Source: Eledone cirrhosa
Lineage: Eukaryota
Length of the DNA: 64,000 nucleotides
Assembly (NCBI GenBank): GCA_964016885.1
Contig: OZ024747.1
Coordinates: 84,320,001-84,384,000 of the forward strand
Direction: 5' to 3'
In this document: in pieces, positions 26,021 through 40,500 of the stretch
Layout of the letters: each line of letters begins with the position of its first letter
Numbering within the stretch: position 1 is the first letter of the stretch
Position numbers and translations under genes: made by a program
Notes under the pieces: model-generated
Seen by the model: the letters and a program-made list of their open reading frames with translations, nothing else
What the model was told of the DNA's origin: nothing
Database searches by the model: none

Positions 26021-28029
26021 TATAATAGTCTGTAATATCCACCTAGCAATGATAACCATAAGCAACAAGTAGGAAAAGGAAAACAACAGAAGAGAACAGT
26101 ATATTAGTTCCACCCATTAAGAAAAAGAAGAGGAAAGAACATTTTTCAACACTCCAGCTCCAGCGACCTAATTTTTCTGGTTTGGCCCAAATAAACTGAC
26201 TCTGTCTATCACTGTCTATTTATTTTTATACCCAACACACATACACCTGCAATCTTTTCACTTGAGTTCAATTATTATTCAGATTATTCTTCTTCTTTCT
26301 TCTTCTTATCTGAATTCCTTTATTCACTGTAAATCTATGTGTGTGAATTCTAAGATTTTCTACACACACATTAAAAAAAGAAATCAGCAGTAGTTAGAAT
26401 TGAGGGTGATAAGTTCACTTAATATTCAGCAGTCATGAAAATCAACCTAGAAAAATAATTTTGGTCAGCTGCTGTAATATATACAAGGGAAGAACAAAAG
26501 CTAGTGACAGTTTATATATATAATGTTTAACAAACTAACTGCTTCAAGAAAACAGTTAGCTGTTAAAATAGACATATAAAATAATACTGCTACTAACAAG
26601 AAATAAAATATAGCCTAGACTCAACAACTAGAAGAGATTTCTTTTCTAGAGAATAAGGAGGCGGAGTTTAGTTATAAAGTCATGTCCATATTGTCTACAA
26701 CTAAAATACATCTATGTTCTAGAAATAGCAGCATCTGTAAATCACACTCTACTGGGCCTGTCACCAGGGGGTGGGACACACTCGATGGCAGTGTTGGAAG
26801 AAATATTCTCATTTCTCATGGTTCCTTATGTTCTGTATTCAAATCCTATCAAGGATTGATAAAATAAAGCACTAGTTCAGTGCTAGGGTCATTTAATCGA
26901 ATTCCCCCACCCCAAACTGCTGGCTTTGTGTCTATATTATTTATTTAGGGCAACACTATACTGTGTCCTCCTCCTTTTAAAAATGTCCTGAAATATGTTC
27001 CTTGAATTAGTGTGGCTACCCAGAATGTTCTCAAATCCAAAGCTTGGCATCTTTTTTCAAGAAGGAGGAAGACAATATAGGCTTCTAATTTAGGCAAAGG
27101 CCAGCAGTTTAGGGTGGGGGAAGTCGATTAAATCGACCCTAGTACTGAACTAGTGCTTTATTTTATCAATCCTTGATAGGATTTGAACTCAGAACATAAG
27201 GAACCATAAGAAATTAGAGTATTCACCACCCTTAACATCCTAGACAAATAATTTCTTTATTTCTATTTTTTAATTGCTTAGCCAGTGAGGAAGATGTGTG
27301 AGGGAGGAAAGAAGCGATCTTCAAACTAGAGACCTGATCAAACTACTTGCAACAGAGGGGATTCTGCTAAAGGCATCCAATGGAAAGATGATAGTATTAA
27401 ATCAGGCACTGGATTGTCTATCACATTCCCAAGTAAGACACAATGAGATTTGAATTTGAACAACAAATAGACCTCCAATCCACCCCCTAGCCAGCTCATA
27501 ACTAACCTGTCATGCAGTGTGTTTTCATTCTCTCTAGAGTTTAAGATAAATTCACAGGTCAAATAGACTTACAGAAAGTTCAACAATGTTCAACCTTTAA
27601 ATCTGACCAGTTAACTACTAAATATTAATCACTGGAAGTAATGGTTTCTAATTGAGGCAAAAAAAAAAAAGTTAATTATACCAAGCCCAGTACTTTACTG
27701 GTACTATATTTTATTAACCTTGAAAGGATGTCAGGCAAAATTGACCTTAATTGGATTTGAACTCAGAATATAAAGAGATGAACAAATATTGCTAAGCATT
27801 CTGCCAATCCCCTGACCTCAATCAGTGAAAATAATTGTTTCTACTTTTGGCACAAGGCCAGTAATTATCCCAGTGCATTACTGGTACTTTATTTTATTGA
27901 CCCCGTAAGGATGAAAGGCAAAGGATGAATGACCTCGGCGGGATTTGAACTCAGAATAGAAACGGCCGTAACTCTATGCATCAAAGCATAACGTCCGACC
28001 CTCTACCGATACTGCCAATAAATAATGAA

Positions 28030-28600
28030 GGATAATGAGACCATTTAATGGTTCAGTTTTCAAAGCCTTAGGGATCGGGCTTTGCTTTTTTTTCTTTCTC
28101 TCTTTTCCATTGATTAGCAATGGAAAAGGATCTGAAGCAGGTTGTTATTCCTTTATTGATTTTTTCCCCACATTTGTGTGATGTTGCATGGTAGCGAGAC
28201 ATGTGAAATGAATGCAGGGAAATGCAAAGACTAGAGAGAAATGAAACAAGCATGCTTCGATGGATGTACATGAACGACAAAGCATGAATGAATTGAGCAA
28301 AAAATTGGGTATAAGACAAATCAGATGCAGTGTACAAGATAAAAGACTGCTGATATGGATATGTGATGCCATGTAGATGATGACCATTGGGTAAAGAAGT
28401 GCAAAGAAACCCCAGGGGAAGGTAGCTGCAGAGAGGAAGACTAAGGAAGACCTGGGCAAGAGTGACAGCTGATCCCAAATCACAGAAGCTCACAGAGATG
28501 GGAAAGGATTCAATGAATGGAGGAGGGATGATGTGCTAGAAAAGACCTGTCCAACTCATGCAAGCATGGAAAAGCAAACATAAGATGAAGATGATAATGA
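28030..28600 (+). mobile_element. Old RTE family B 3' fragment
   Basis: LERNETSMLRWMYM-like peptide, ending CATGCAAGCATGGAAAAG plus ATG-type tail. Confidence 0.7.
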
Positions 28601-31351
28601 TGTGCCTGCTCTTTAACCTCTCAGCAATTTATAGGTATACTTGGTATATACAGAAATTTATAGGTATATTTGGTACATTCAATATTGTTCAGAAAGATTT
28701 TTCTTGATTCTTTATTTTATTTAACAAAAAATCCTTGATTTATTTTTGTTTATTAAGAACTACTGCAAAACATGAACATGTCAGCAGAGATTGAAATAAG
28801 ACTGAATGACTCCCATAAGGCAATAGCTGCTAAATCTTTGATCACCTTCACTGCTAAGCAGATATTCTACTAAAAACTGTATTAACTGAGCTGACAAATT
28901 GCTACATTTTTTAAAGTTAGTATGGTGGACACTAGAAGGGTATGACAAACAGGTCATTATGCTTCTCAACATCAAAGTTTAAAATAGACTCCCATGTAAG
29001 GTTCAATTATAATTCCCAGTCAAGTCTAGTCATAGATTACATGCACAGTTTTTACCATGTAATGTAAATGAATAGACAAAATAATGAAGTGAAAAGTGTT
29101 AAAAAAATTCATTCACTCCATTGGTAATGACAATTACTAATTTAAAATAGTAATTGAACTTTGAATTAGGGCAAAAAAATGTGTGTGGTTGCATATTTTA
29201 TTATATAGCATATAGACATGGAGACTTAATTGTATAGACTTGAAAGATGTAAAATTTGTGCTTTTTTCCAGGGTATATATATTCAAAACAAAATTAACCC
29301 CCTCCCTCCTCTTCATTACTATTTTCATTCATATTCTCTTTTAAATATTTTAGTAACATTTTGTTTCAATTTTAACAATGTTACATGCCTATTATGAGCT
29401 TTTATTGTAAATCTAATACCTCGTGATATCTCTAGGCCCCAATGGCTTGCATGCTAGTTGAAAAATACATAAATTCCTTGTTAACACTCCACTTATTAAA
29501 ATTTATTTATTACTTTCCTTTTTGTTTGGAACAAACAATTTTGGCTTTTGTTTGGTTAAACAACAATATCATGTAGCAAAAACATTTACGCAGCAACAAA
29601 TTTGAACACAAACTCGGAGCAGTTGCATCTTAACACCAATAAATGACTCCATTACTCTACCTGAACTATCAAATGTAAGAATTATGTAAAACCTTTGGTG
29701 AAACAATGAAAATATACATATGAAGAAAATTTTTTTTTTTCTATTTTATTTCAGGAATAAAAAAAAATGTTATGACAGGGCAGAGTTTTTTCACGATTTG
29801 ATTGGGGATTTCTATTATTAAAACACCTAAGAAACCTATAAGATACAACCTTGTAGAAGACCAGCTAAACCTACATAGGTGTGAGCTGTAAAAAAAAAAA
29901 AAAAAAAAAAGGTTGGGTGATATGGTAACAAAGACTGATTTTCCCATTTGTACCAAGATCTAAGGACCACAATATCCAACGGGCCTTTTCTAAGACAGTA
30001 GGGCGTGATCTGAGGGTGATTTGACTGCTACTCCTAATAGGTAGAGCAACTATGTAACGTAGAGGTTGCCTCGTCTGAGCATCTGTCCACTTTGGCCTCT
30101 GTAGGTGGGCGTGAAGTGAAACTATTCGGTGTCAAAAGAAAAGTGAAACTTAAGTGAGGTACGAAGATGAACAGGTAATCATTGTGAATTGGCAGTATCG
30201 GTAGAGGGTCGGACGCCATGCTTTCTAGCATAGTTACGTCCCTTTACAGTCTGAGTTCAAATCACGCCGAGGTTAACTTTGCCTTTCATCCTTACGGGGT
30301 CGATAAAATAAAGTACCAGTAATGTACTGGGTAATTGCTGGCCTTGTGCCTAAAGTAGAAACAATTATCGTACATACACGTAGGTGGTGGATTGGCAGTA
30401 TCGGTAGAGGGTTGGACGCCATGCTTTGACGCATAGAGTTACGGCTCTTGCCATTCTGAGTTCAAATCCCACTGAGGTTAACTTTGCCTTTCATCCTTAT
30501 GAGGTCGATAAAACAAAGTACCAGTAATGCACTGGGGTAATTGCTGGCCCTGTGCCAAAAGTAGAAACAATTATTGTACATACACGTTATACACACTATC
30601 ACATATATTGCTCATGAGATTAACGCGTACCCTTAACGTAGTTTTCAAGGTGCGACAAGGTTGGTTCTTTGAATTACAGGTGCAGCTCATTTTTGCCAGT
30701 TGAGTGGAATGAATACACACACACATTCAAAGAAGTCTATGTAGCCGCTTGGCCTGCTAGAAATAGCAGTTAAATTTCCCTTACACCCCACAGTACCTTC
30801 TTTAAGAGGACATATGTAATAACGTAATCCTAGTACACTATGAAGGGGGAAAAATGGGAAGGTCTTGACAGGAATGCTCAATTAGAGCTGGTTAGATTTA
30901 TCTACACTAACAAAAGGCTTTATTTAATTAAATGAAAAATAGGAGAGCGAGAGAAAAGACTGCATATAGGTGAAGGAGATGAAGAAGAGCAAGATATATC
31001 TGTGTATTTGAGATGACTATGAAAGAGATGATTATATGTAGTTGTGTGTTTATATATGCGTGAGCGAACGATTGTAGTTATTTGTGAAAAGAGAAAAATG
31101 TTTTGGCATGTGTGAAAATGTATGATTATGTGTATGTTGAAGGAGAGAAAGCGAGAGACTGTCAGGAAGAGAGGGAGGAGAGTAAGCAAGAGTGTGTGAA
31201 TGGGGAAAAGATAGGGAGAAAAAGGCAAATAGAGAGTGACAGACAGAGAGAGAGAGTCAGAAATAAATAGATATAGAGATAGAAACAGGGAATAAAGAGA
31301 GAGAGTGGGAGTGAATGAGCACATCAGACTACTGCTGACTTGTTAGCAATT

Positions 31352-31437
31352 AGTTTCAGTTTCACTAAAAAAAAAAAAAGCCTGTCAGCCAGAAAAGTAG
31401 ACAGCAGACTAGAATAAAAGAGAAGTGAAAGCGAAAC
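31352..31437. promoter_or_regulatory. Paired ISRE motifs in intron 1 (candidate enhancer or alternative promoter)
   Basis: AGTTTCAGTTTC (31352-31363) and AAGTGAAAGCGAAAC (31423-31437), in non-transposon sequence. Confidence 0.45.
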
Positions 31438-33950
31438 ACAAGAGAAGAAAGTATATATATATTTTTTTTTCTAAAAAGTTATAGACTGGTGGTGCGAAAG
31501 AATAAACATTCCACAGCGATAGAAACGACAACGACGATGATGATGATGATGAGGGAAGGTGACTGTTGATTTTGTCAAATAAATGTAAATACATTTGCTT
31601 CTTTCATTCTCAGCCAACGACAATTGAGAGAGGGGGTAGCTAGTGATGGTCTGAGAAGAAAAAAAATCAGTCGATTAAAATGTCATTTAGTGTGACGTGA
31701 GGACACTCATACTACTGTTTTGAACAAGTCTTAAGTCCTCTATGGAGAATAGAAACTGAGAAAAGTTTAAAGTTATGTTTACTTCATTAAGTCTAAAGTC
31801 TGTCTAGAACTCGAAGGCTGCTACTTATCCCAGTTTCCATGGCGTGAAGCGACTGAGAGTACTTGACGACAGGACGCTAGTCCATCGCAGGGTTTAACCC
31901 TCATCTATTGCTGGTACTCATTTTCAGCTGAGTATAGTGGTACAGAGACGTGAAAATGAAGTGTTTTGCTCAAGAACACAACACACAACCCAGTCCGCGA
32001 CATGATCGTAAGTCCAACACCTTTACCACTAGGCCACCACTAACTGTGATGAAACATTCATATTCACATTCATCTATGTTATTGGACCTCCATCGTTTAC
32101 GTCGACGAATGTTCCTGTTGTTCATTCAATGGAACAGCCTGGAGCAACGTGAAATAAAATGTCTTGCTGAAGTACACAACGATACCATGATCAGTAAGCC
32201 TCTCACAATCATCTGTACACCATTACACTGTATTTCATCGTGCGCCATAAATATTCCCTTTGTGTGCGAAGGTGTGTGGCTTAAAGGTCACGGTGTTTGA
32301 CGTAGGCTCATAAAGTCGTGAATTCGATTCCTGGTTGCACGTTGTATCCTTGAGGCAAGACACTTTACTTCACATTACTCTAGGCTGCCCTATTGATCAA
32401 ACATAATTCGTGTGGTTTTTCCAATGAAACCTTACATTCTTGAATGTATCAGGCTTTTCTTTTAGAAAGTTACACATTAACTTATCTCTAAATAACTGGT
32501 GAAATCTTTTACAGAGCACAGATACTACCTACACTTAATTAACAGTAGCACTAACATAGTGTAATTCATAATTGAGGTGTATACGATATGCTTGTGTGCA
32601 TATCATATATAATAGACATAATAAATCTCGCTATGACTGTTTAAAGCAACTGATATAGCTGTGACATACATGATCATAGCTTAAAACAGTCGGCAATCTA
32701 GTAAAGTCGTTAGAGCGTCGGATGAAAAATGCTTCCGTATTTGTTCTGGTTCTTTCGAGATCGATAAATAACGTATCGATTCTTTTTCTGGAAGAAATCG
32801 TCTGTGTTCCAAAATGGAGAGGAATGGACTCCGCTGGGTTCAAAATACCCTACTGGTCCATCGGGAGTCAAGATCTCTTCATTATATATGTTTATTATAC
32901 ATAAACATATGGTATATATCTTCATATACACCTCTACTACCTACATTTGTCTGCTGCTTACATACACATGTGATAGTATATCCATTAGTCTTCCTTTTTT
33001 TTTCCAACAGACATTCCACCACACAGCTACTACAATGATCCTACTTTCCTGAATATTTGAACACACTAGATATATAATGCTCTACCGACTGAGACAACCA
33101 GAGAGCATAGCCTTGCTAGAATTAGAACTCGATCTATCTGGAGATTAGATAGCCATTCAAAATACACCAATCTCACCTCCTGTTATCAAAGTCCTTCAGG
33201 CTTAAAATATATAAAAATGGCGTTCTTTCTTGGACAGAGAAATAAGAAAATAGTCTTTAAAAAAAAACTAAATCATGTATTGAAAATCTATAGAGATGAT
33301 TTATTTATATGAAAAGAAAACTTGTTGGTCTAGAAAAGTTAGAAATAAGCGTGAGAAATGAAAGGGGAATAAGTATAATGAGCAAGAAGATAAACATTTT
33401 GAAAAGATAAAATAAAATTATAAGAAATAAATTAGCTTGGGTGAGTTGAAAAGAGATAAGAGTAAGCAAAAAAGCAGAGAAAAATGAATGGGGAGAAAAG
33501 GAAAGTAAGAGGAGTGTGAGAGAAAACGAGAAAAGAAAGTAAAGAAAAACAAAGTTCTAAAAAATTAGAATATTGTGAAAGAGAGGAACGTGACAATACA
33601 TTTGCAGGAAAACTGAAGTTTGTAATAAAAAATAATAATTCTTATAAGTTGACTTACTACTGCATTGTTATAACGATGTAAATGATAAAGTATAATGAAA
33701 AGTAGAAGTACTGTCTGTGCTGCCAAATAAAGAAAATAACTATATTCGGGTGTTTCAGCTTTAGTAAAATGGCGAAATGAAAAATATTTCCCTTTTTCCG
33801 TATTATTCCAGTTCAGGAATTATGCTTGTTAAAACTAAAATATCCAAAATACATCTATCTATATTTGTCTTTTTATTCGGCACCGTCGCGTCTTTCCTTC
33901 TTTATGCACTTTAGTTAGTAGAACAGGCGAAAAAGAAAGAGGAAGAAAAT

Positions 33951-34003
<53 letters not shown>

Positions 34004-34429
34004 GTTTCTACTTTAGGCACAAGGCCAGAAATTAATCCAGTGCATTACTGGTGCTTTATTTTATCGACCCCATAAGGATGAAAGGCAACGCTAACCTCGA
34101 CGGAATTTGAACTCAGACTGTTAAGGGCCATAAATAATATATATATGGTTCCGTAACTCGTGGGAGTGAGTTACTAGGGCATTTTAAGCCTAGCGGGGCC
34201 CGTCTATTCCAGGAGGAATATAGCAGATGTCTTCAGAGAAGCATATAGAGTGAGTGAAAGAATGGAAGTGAGAAAGAGATATAGAGCAAGAATCAACGCC
34301 AGTACTAAACTGGTACTGAAAGGCGAAGTTGACCTCAACAGGATTTGAGAGCAGGGAGCCGGAACGAATATCGCGAAGCACTCTATCCGATGTCCTAACC
34401 ACTGCCAATTCGCCTCAATATATATTGTG

Positions 34430-34466
<37 letters not shown>

Positions 34467-37400
34467 ATAATAATAAAATTGAAGACTAAAATCCAAAGAG
34501 GGCTCGATAAGGAAAATATATATCAGATATATAAGAACCGAAGAGCAAATATTTATTAAAATAACAGATTAAAGTTTAAGCAAAGAGAGATATTTAATAT
34601 ATAAAGCGAGACAAAATGTCGAGAAAAGAAAAGAGAAAGTAGTGGTGACTGGTTAATGGAAGAGAAGAAATATTCAAGACAAAAAGAGAGAGGTGAGAAA
34701 GATAAAGAGGCCGTTCATTAGTGAGATGAGAGTAATGTATGTGCATGATAAAGAATATAGAAGACTGTAAATAACAGACAACAGAAGTGAGAGGGGAGTA
34801 GAGAAAAAGTTGCAGAGTGCGGTAGTAAGGGTAGAACTTGTGTAAGTGGCACAAATTTATAAGTTGTTTTTTTTGTGTTTGTTTTTAATGCTTGCCTTCA
34901 ATGTGATAGTAAACAACTTACTGAACTTGTTTTATCTTTATTACTGGCAGGCAAGTCAATAAAACAGCAGTAAAACTCATTGAATATTATATATATATTA
35001 TAATTGTTTCTACTTTTTGGGCACAAGGCCAACAATTACTCAGAACATTACTGGTACTTTATTTTATCGACCCCGTAAGGATGAAAGGCAAAGTGAACCT
35101 CGGCGGGATTTGAACTCAGACCGTAAAGGGACGTAACTAAATTATATATATATTATGAGTCGGGCCCCAACGGCAAGAGCTGAGCCGTCGGGTCTCGACT
35201 CTTTATAATATAGCCATATTCTACAACCCCCAAGTATCGAGAACTCTATTGAGTAATAGTCTAACCAGTTTCAAACTGCTGGTTTTATTCTGATTTATAA
35301 TTCGAAGTATATATATATATATACACTTCGAATTCAGGCCAATTTTCTACAGAGAAAATATTGCTATACTCTACCCACCAGTATTTAATACTCGATCAGT
35401 TAATGTCAATGTTTTAAATACATATTCAGAGAAAACTACGTCAGCAAAATTTTGTAAATTCGTAAATTTAGCATACGAACTTATTTGAAGATGATTCACT
35501 CATTCGTTGTTTTTGTTTATTCTTTTAATGCATGAGTATATCTAGCTGATAAGAGGAAACTTTTGGGTGATGTGTTTTTGTGGGTAAAGACCCCTTCGGT
35601 CACAAATGACCATGGGATTTGCACCAAGAAAATTCCCCTCCGAGGCACAACTCCGGGAAAGTTTTTGTGGAAGATCAGCAGTCACTCATGCATGCCAGTC
35701 CCCCCCTCTCCACGCCCCCGATGTTGTCCAAGAGGAAGGTAAATGCCGATACAGCTTGGCACCAGTTACATCGCAACTCATTTCTACAACTGAGTAAACT
35801 GGAGCAATGTGAACAAGAACACAACGCAAAGCCCGGTCTGAGAATCGAACTCACAACCTCGCGATATATATAGATGAGTGATCGCAACAAGTTTCCTGGT
35901 GTTTAATAACAAGAGAAACTTGGAGTAGCAATAAAGTGAAATAGCTTCCAACGTGTATTATATATAAACATCATTACTTTTAAAAGAATCAAAGAATACA
36001 TGTTTTAGTGTCATTTTTAAATCTAAACTTTAGCTCAATAAATATAGACTAAGCAGCATTATAGTTGGGTACATATGGAAAGTTATCGAGCCAGTGGAGA
36101 TAGATATTGATACACATCGTATAAATTCCGCAGCTTTTTGTTCAGTTGCTATGTTCATAACTTACTAAAGAACATATAATGATAGACTGCACCTAATAAA
36201 TAAAGTTATAAGGAGGTCATAAACGAATTAACTAGAAAGGCTGTAGATATCACTGGTACATATTTTATTACCCCCAGCTGTCTTGACAAGGAGAAAAACG
36301 TGAAAAGTAACAACCATGGCAGCAACAAGTGAACTTGTCAATCAAGCCTTACTTTCCAGTAGTACCAATACTTGTTACCATTCATTCCCTCCGTCTCTCA
36401 ACTTGAGCCAACTCGGGAGTCTCTCTGTGGTCGTTCGACCTGCTAGACATAGCAGCTTAATTTCCCTCAAATCACATTAGATAATATACACCTTTAAAAA
36501 GACGAGTACTTTTGATCTCAAGTCTGCTCAATCAGGATTGTCCTAAGGCTAAACTGTCTCAACTTAAACTTGGCAGAGCAATCTTAGGCAATATCAAGTT
36601 AGATGTTTCAAGGACATTATCGTCATCATATAGACAATGATAATGACGATTTCTTAAACATAAAGATTTTTCTGTGCATTTTCGTTTCCAGGGCCTCCTA
36701 AAAGTGAAACAATTTTCAGAAAAAATAATTCTATCCCGTCCATTTGCTGTGATCATATAAACTTTTCTAACATTTGATACACTTCGGTAGTTAATTTACT
36801 ACTATAAATATTGTGGTAATGCCTGAAATCTATAATACGAACGAATTCCCTCCATTTCCTGCCTTCTTGCCAATTTGAGTGGTCCTATCTTATTCAAGAG
36901 GATCCTTTTTGTAAATCTTCAATAGTTATATTTTATTTGTCTGGGATCGCTTTTCCATAATATCGAAGTCGACGTACTTTGCAAAGTCATTGTTTATTTT
37001 TTTAGTATGAAAAATATCTTATTTGCCATAGGGCAATGGGGGGATAATGAAAAGAGGGTGTGAGTAAAACTAAAACTGGCAGGGAGGATGGTGTGATTTT
37101 CGTCCGGAATAAAGTTTTCATACCGTAGCACAAGATCCTACATAAATAACGAAGGAAAAAATTATTTTGTGGCATCATTGACAAAGGATCTCATTTCCAG
37201 AAGCGATCTGATTTATTCAATACATGCATGTATATATATTTATACAGATGCATATATTTCAGACATACGTATGTGTGTGTATACATAAATTAATCTGAAT
37301 CGAACCGCTTAAACAAATTTTCTAAAACGAGAGGTGTGCGAAAATGAAAAAGCATTGAAATATCCCGAGCAAAAATAACTACACTTACACTAAGCTTCAA

Positions 37401-37997
37401 TATTTATTCTAAAATACATACCATTAAACTATACCACATAGACGAACCATACTGTCTTACCGCCTTTTTATTGTTCAAAATATACAAATGACTTACTTTT
37501 TGTGTATGTCTAGCAATTTATGTTGATTTTGTTTTACTTTCTGTTTCACTAAGTAGTCCACCGTACTACATATATCAAGATCAAGCCATTTCCTCTAAAA
37601 CAGTTGTTGACTTTCTAAAGGAGTCGAGATGGTGGGGACAGAACAGTGCAGTTAGACAATATAACAGTCACACACAGACATAGATACACACACAACTCCA
37701 AGCACAAGCAACTTTATATTCTAGCGACATACTTTCACGATTCACACTATATAGCTTAACCTAACTCACAAACTTACTTTTTTTTAAAGACACGTCGGTA
37801 GTTTAATTTCAGAGAGTAGGAAATATATATATTGTACCACACATATTCTCTCTATTTATATACACACAATATATACTATTATTGGGGATGTTTCACTAGA
37901 ATAACTATTTTAACAATGCATGTATTTGAATAAAACTTTCCAACAATATTTTGTTTTTCTTTTGCGATTACGTTGATGAAATTACATATATTATATA

Positions 37998-37998
37998 A

Positions 37999-38088
<90 letters not shown>

Positions 38089-38151
38089 ATATATATATAT
38101 ATATGTGTGTGTATATATATATATATATGTGTGTGTATATATATATATATA

Positions 38152-38182
<31 letters not shown>

Positions 38183-38497
38183 GTGTGTATATATATATAT
38201 ATATGTGTGTATATATATATATATATGTGTGTATATATATATATATATGTGTGTATATATATATATATGTGTGTGTATATATATATATATGTGTGTGTAT
38301 ATATATATATATGTGTGTGTATATATATATATATGTGTGTGTATATATATATATATATGTGTGTGTATATATATATATATATGTGTGTATATATATATAT
38401 ATATGTGTGTGTATATATATATATATGTGTGTGTATATATATATATATGTGTGTGTATATATATATATATGTGTGTGTGTATATATATATATATATT
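37998..38497. repeat. Compound (TA)n(TG)m microsatellite with ~20-bp higher-order period
   Basis: Directly visible; explains the YIYI/CVCV ORFs. Confidence 0.98.
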
Positions 38498-38673
38498 CGT
38501 TAATTCATAGTTATGGGAATGACACTACATGCCTGTAGAAAATCTAACACTGATTGATATTAAAAACGTGAAAATGAAAAGCAAAGTGAAAAAGTCACTA
38601 AATTTACGTTTAGCCTATTATAAACACAGATCGAAAACTCTACAAATATTAACCATTACTATAATGAAAGTAT

Positions 38674-38818
38674 GGCATACATGACTTTTAACGGTCTGAA
38701 AAATGAAAGTAAATTTATTTTCATTTTCGAACGTCGTGTTTACATTTTTTGTGTGTTTAGATCTAAATTAGTTACTGAGATTAAAGACAAAATCAGAGCT
38801 TCTGTCGTTTTAACTGAT

Positions 38819-38865
<47 letters not shown>

Positions 38866-39289
38866 TTGACGGTTGAGAGAAGAGTACTCAATACCGAAGT
38901 AATCTTGTAATGAGGCTTGCAGAATGGTGAGTCCGCCATTCTGGACGCTGCTGCCTTGTAGAAGTCCTAAATCGAAGCTGTGACACTCGTCCCCCATCAT
39001 TCAGCAGGGATTTTGCCAGGCAGCCGCATCATCTCCGATGGTGGGGCTTCCTATTCGGAAATTGAAGGTGGGATTTACGTTATGATGTGGTGCACGAACG
39101 GAACTTTGTAGATCCTGCGGACCTTGATATGCACACACACAGCTCATAGAGAACACATGAAGCCGTGCAAAGAAGAAGCTTCGTCGCCAGCATGTTTCGT
39201 TTAAACACACACACAAAATGTAAACACGACGTTCGAAAATGAAAATAAATTTACTTTCATTATTGCGACCGCTAAAAGTCATGTATGCC
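38674..39289. repeat. ~90-bp inverted repeats around a ~440-bp spacer (MITE-like)
   Basis: 38674-38760 is the reverse complement of 39200-39289; both spurious ORFs share NESKFIFIFERRVYI. Confidence 0.75.
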
Positions 39290-40500
39290 GAAAGTATTGT
39301 GCTCCATTCTTCTTTTTCACATAACTGTAATAAACTTTCAATTGCGAGGAAAGAGCACTAAAATGTAGTTTTCTCCTTTAAGTATGTAAATGTAAGACGA
39401 GAGAACGAAACTGAAAGTGTACCAGCTTGTTCGTGGCTTTAATTTTTTTAATCGATAAACTAAGTTTATTGATGAAAATTATGTTTTCCGATAATTTATG
39501 TCTTTTTGGGGGGGGGGGGATACCGACGGAATACTTCACAGCAATGTTTGCAGTCATAACCGCCCACCAATAAGCCAGGAAGTTGGATATGAGTCCCCAG
39601 AAAAGAATTTTGCCTGAGGCTGCAATAAGACTTAACACGTTTCATTCACTTTCATTTTATTGTCGGGTTCACTTTAACTTCATTGTTATTTTATATATAT
39701 CTAAAGTAAAACACCTCCATGTTATACTGTGTTGGTAATCGTGCAAATGTAGTTGAAAATAAAACTTGCGATAATAGAGAATGTAAAAAAATAAGTTTCA
39801 TTTTAACATGGATACTTCTGAATTATAGTTGTTATTCTTATTTTCATAATGCATATGATTTTAAAATAAAATTACTTTTGCATATACATCATTAAGAATT
39901 ATTTTGTTTACAACGATGAACATTTAAGAAATGCCAGCATATGCCTAGATAAACAAAAAAGAATTGGGCGTGGGGCTTTTTATATTTGAAATTATTGAAT
40001 GAAAATGTGAATAGTAAATGATAACCGAAAGTACTAAAATACGTATTTATTAAATTTCTGTATTCCTATATCTTGATGTTTTGTTGTTTTTTAATAAACT
40101 ATGAGTGTTCGCACGCAGAATTACATTCCTCTGAACACACACACATATATATACATTTTTATTAAGGCTAAAAAGTGAGCCTTTATTACTCTGGAGTTTC
40201 ACCTGTTTATCACAGGGTCATCAGATATAAATATAAAACGATATTCAAAAAGAAATTAAAGTGGCAAGTTAAATTATTAATACAAATACAAGGACGCACT
40301 TTCACTATTACTTAACAATTGAAAGTACGATTAAAGTGCCTGATGATCAAGAATATAAATGTACCAAAACGAAGTTTATATGTGTTTTGAAGAAGGAAAA
40401 GTTTAGATATGAGAGAGGAATGTTACTAAAGTTGTTTTAATCTTTAATAGAAAGTTGGAAAGTGGAAACTTTTGTGTGGTGGTTGTTTGGTGTATCTTAC

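Noticed and set aside
30920-31324. 134-aa hydrophobic ORF
   Set aside because: Product of GA/CT-rich low-complexity sequence; no motif or convincing splice context.
37973-38538. Long YIYI/CVCV ORFs (also near 51000 and 41600-41950)
   Set aside because: Translations of microsatellites.
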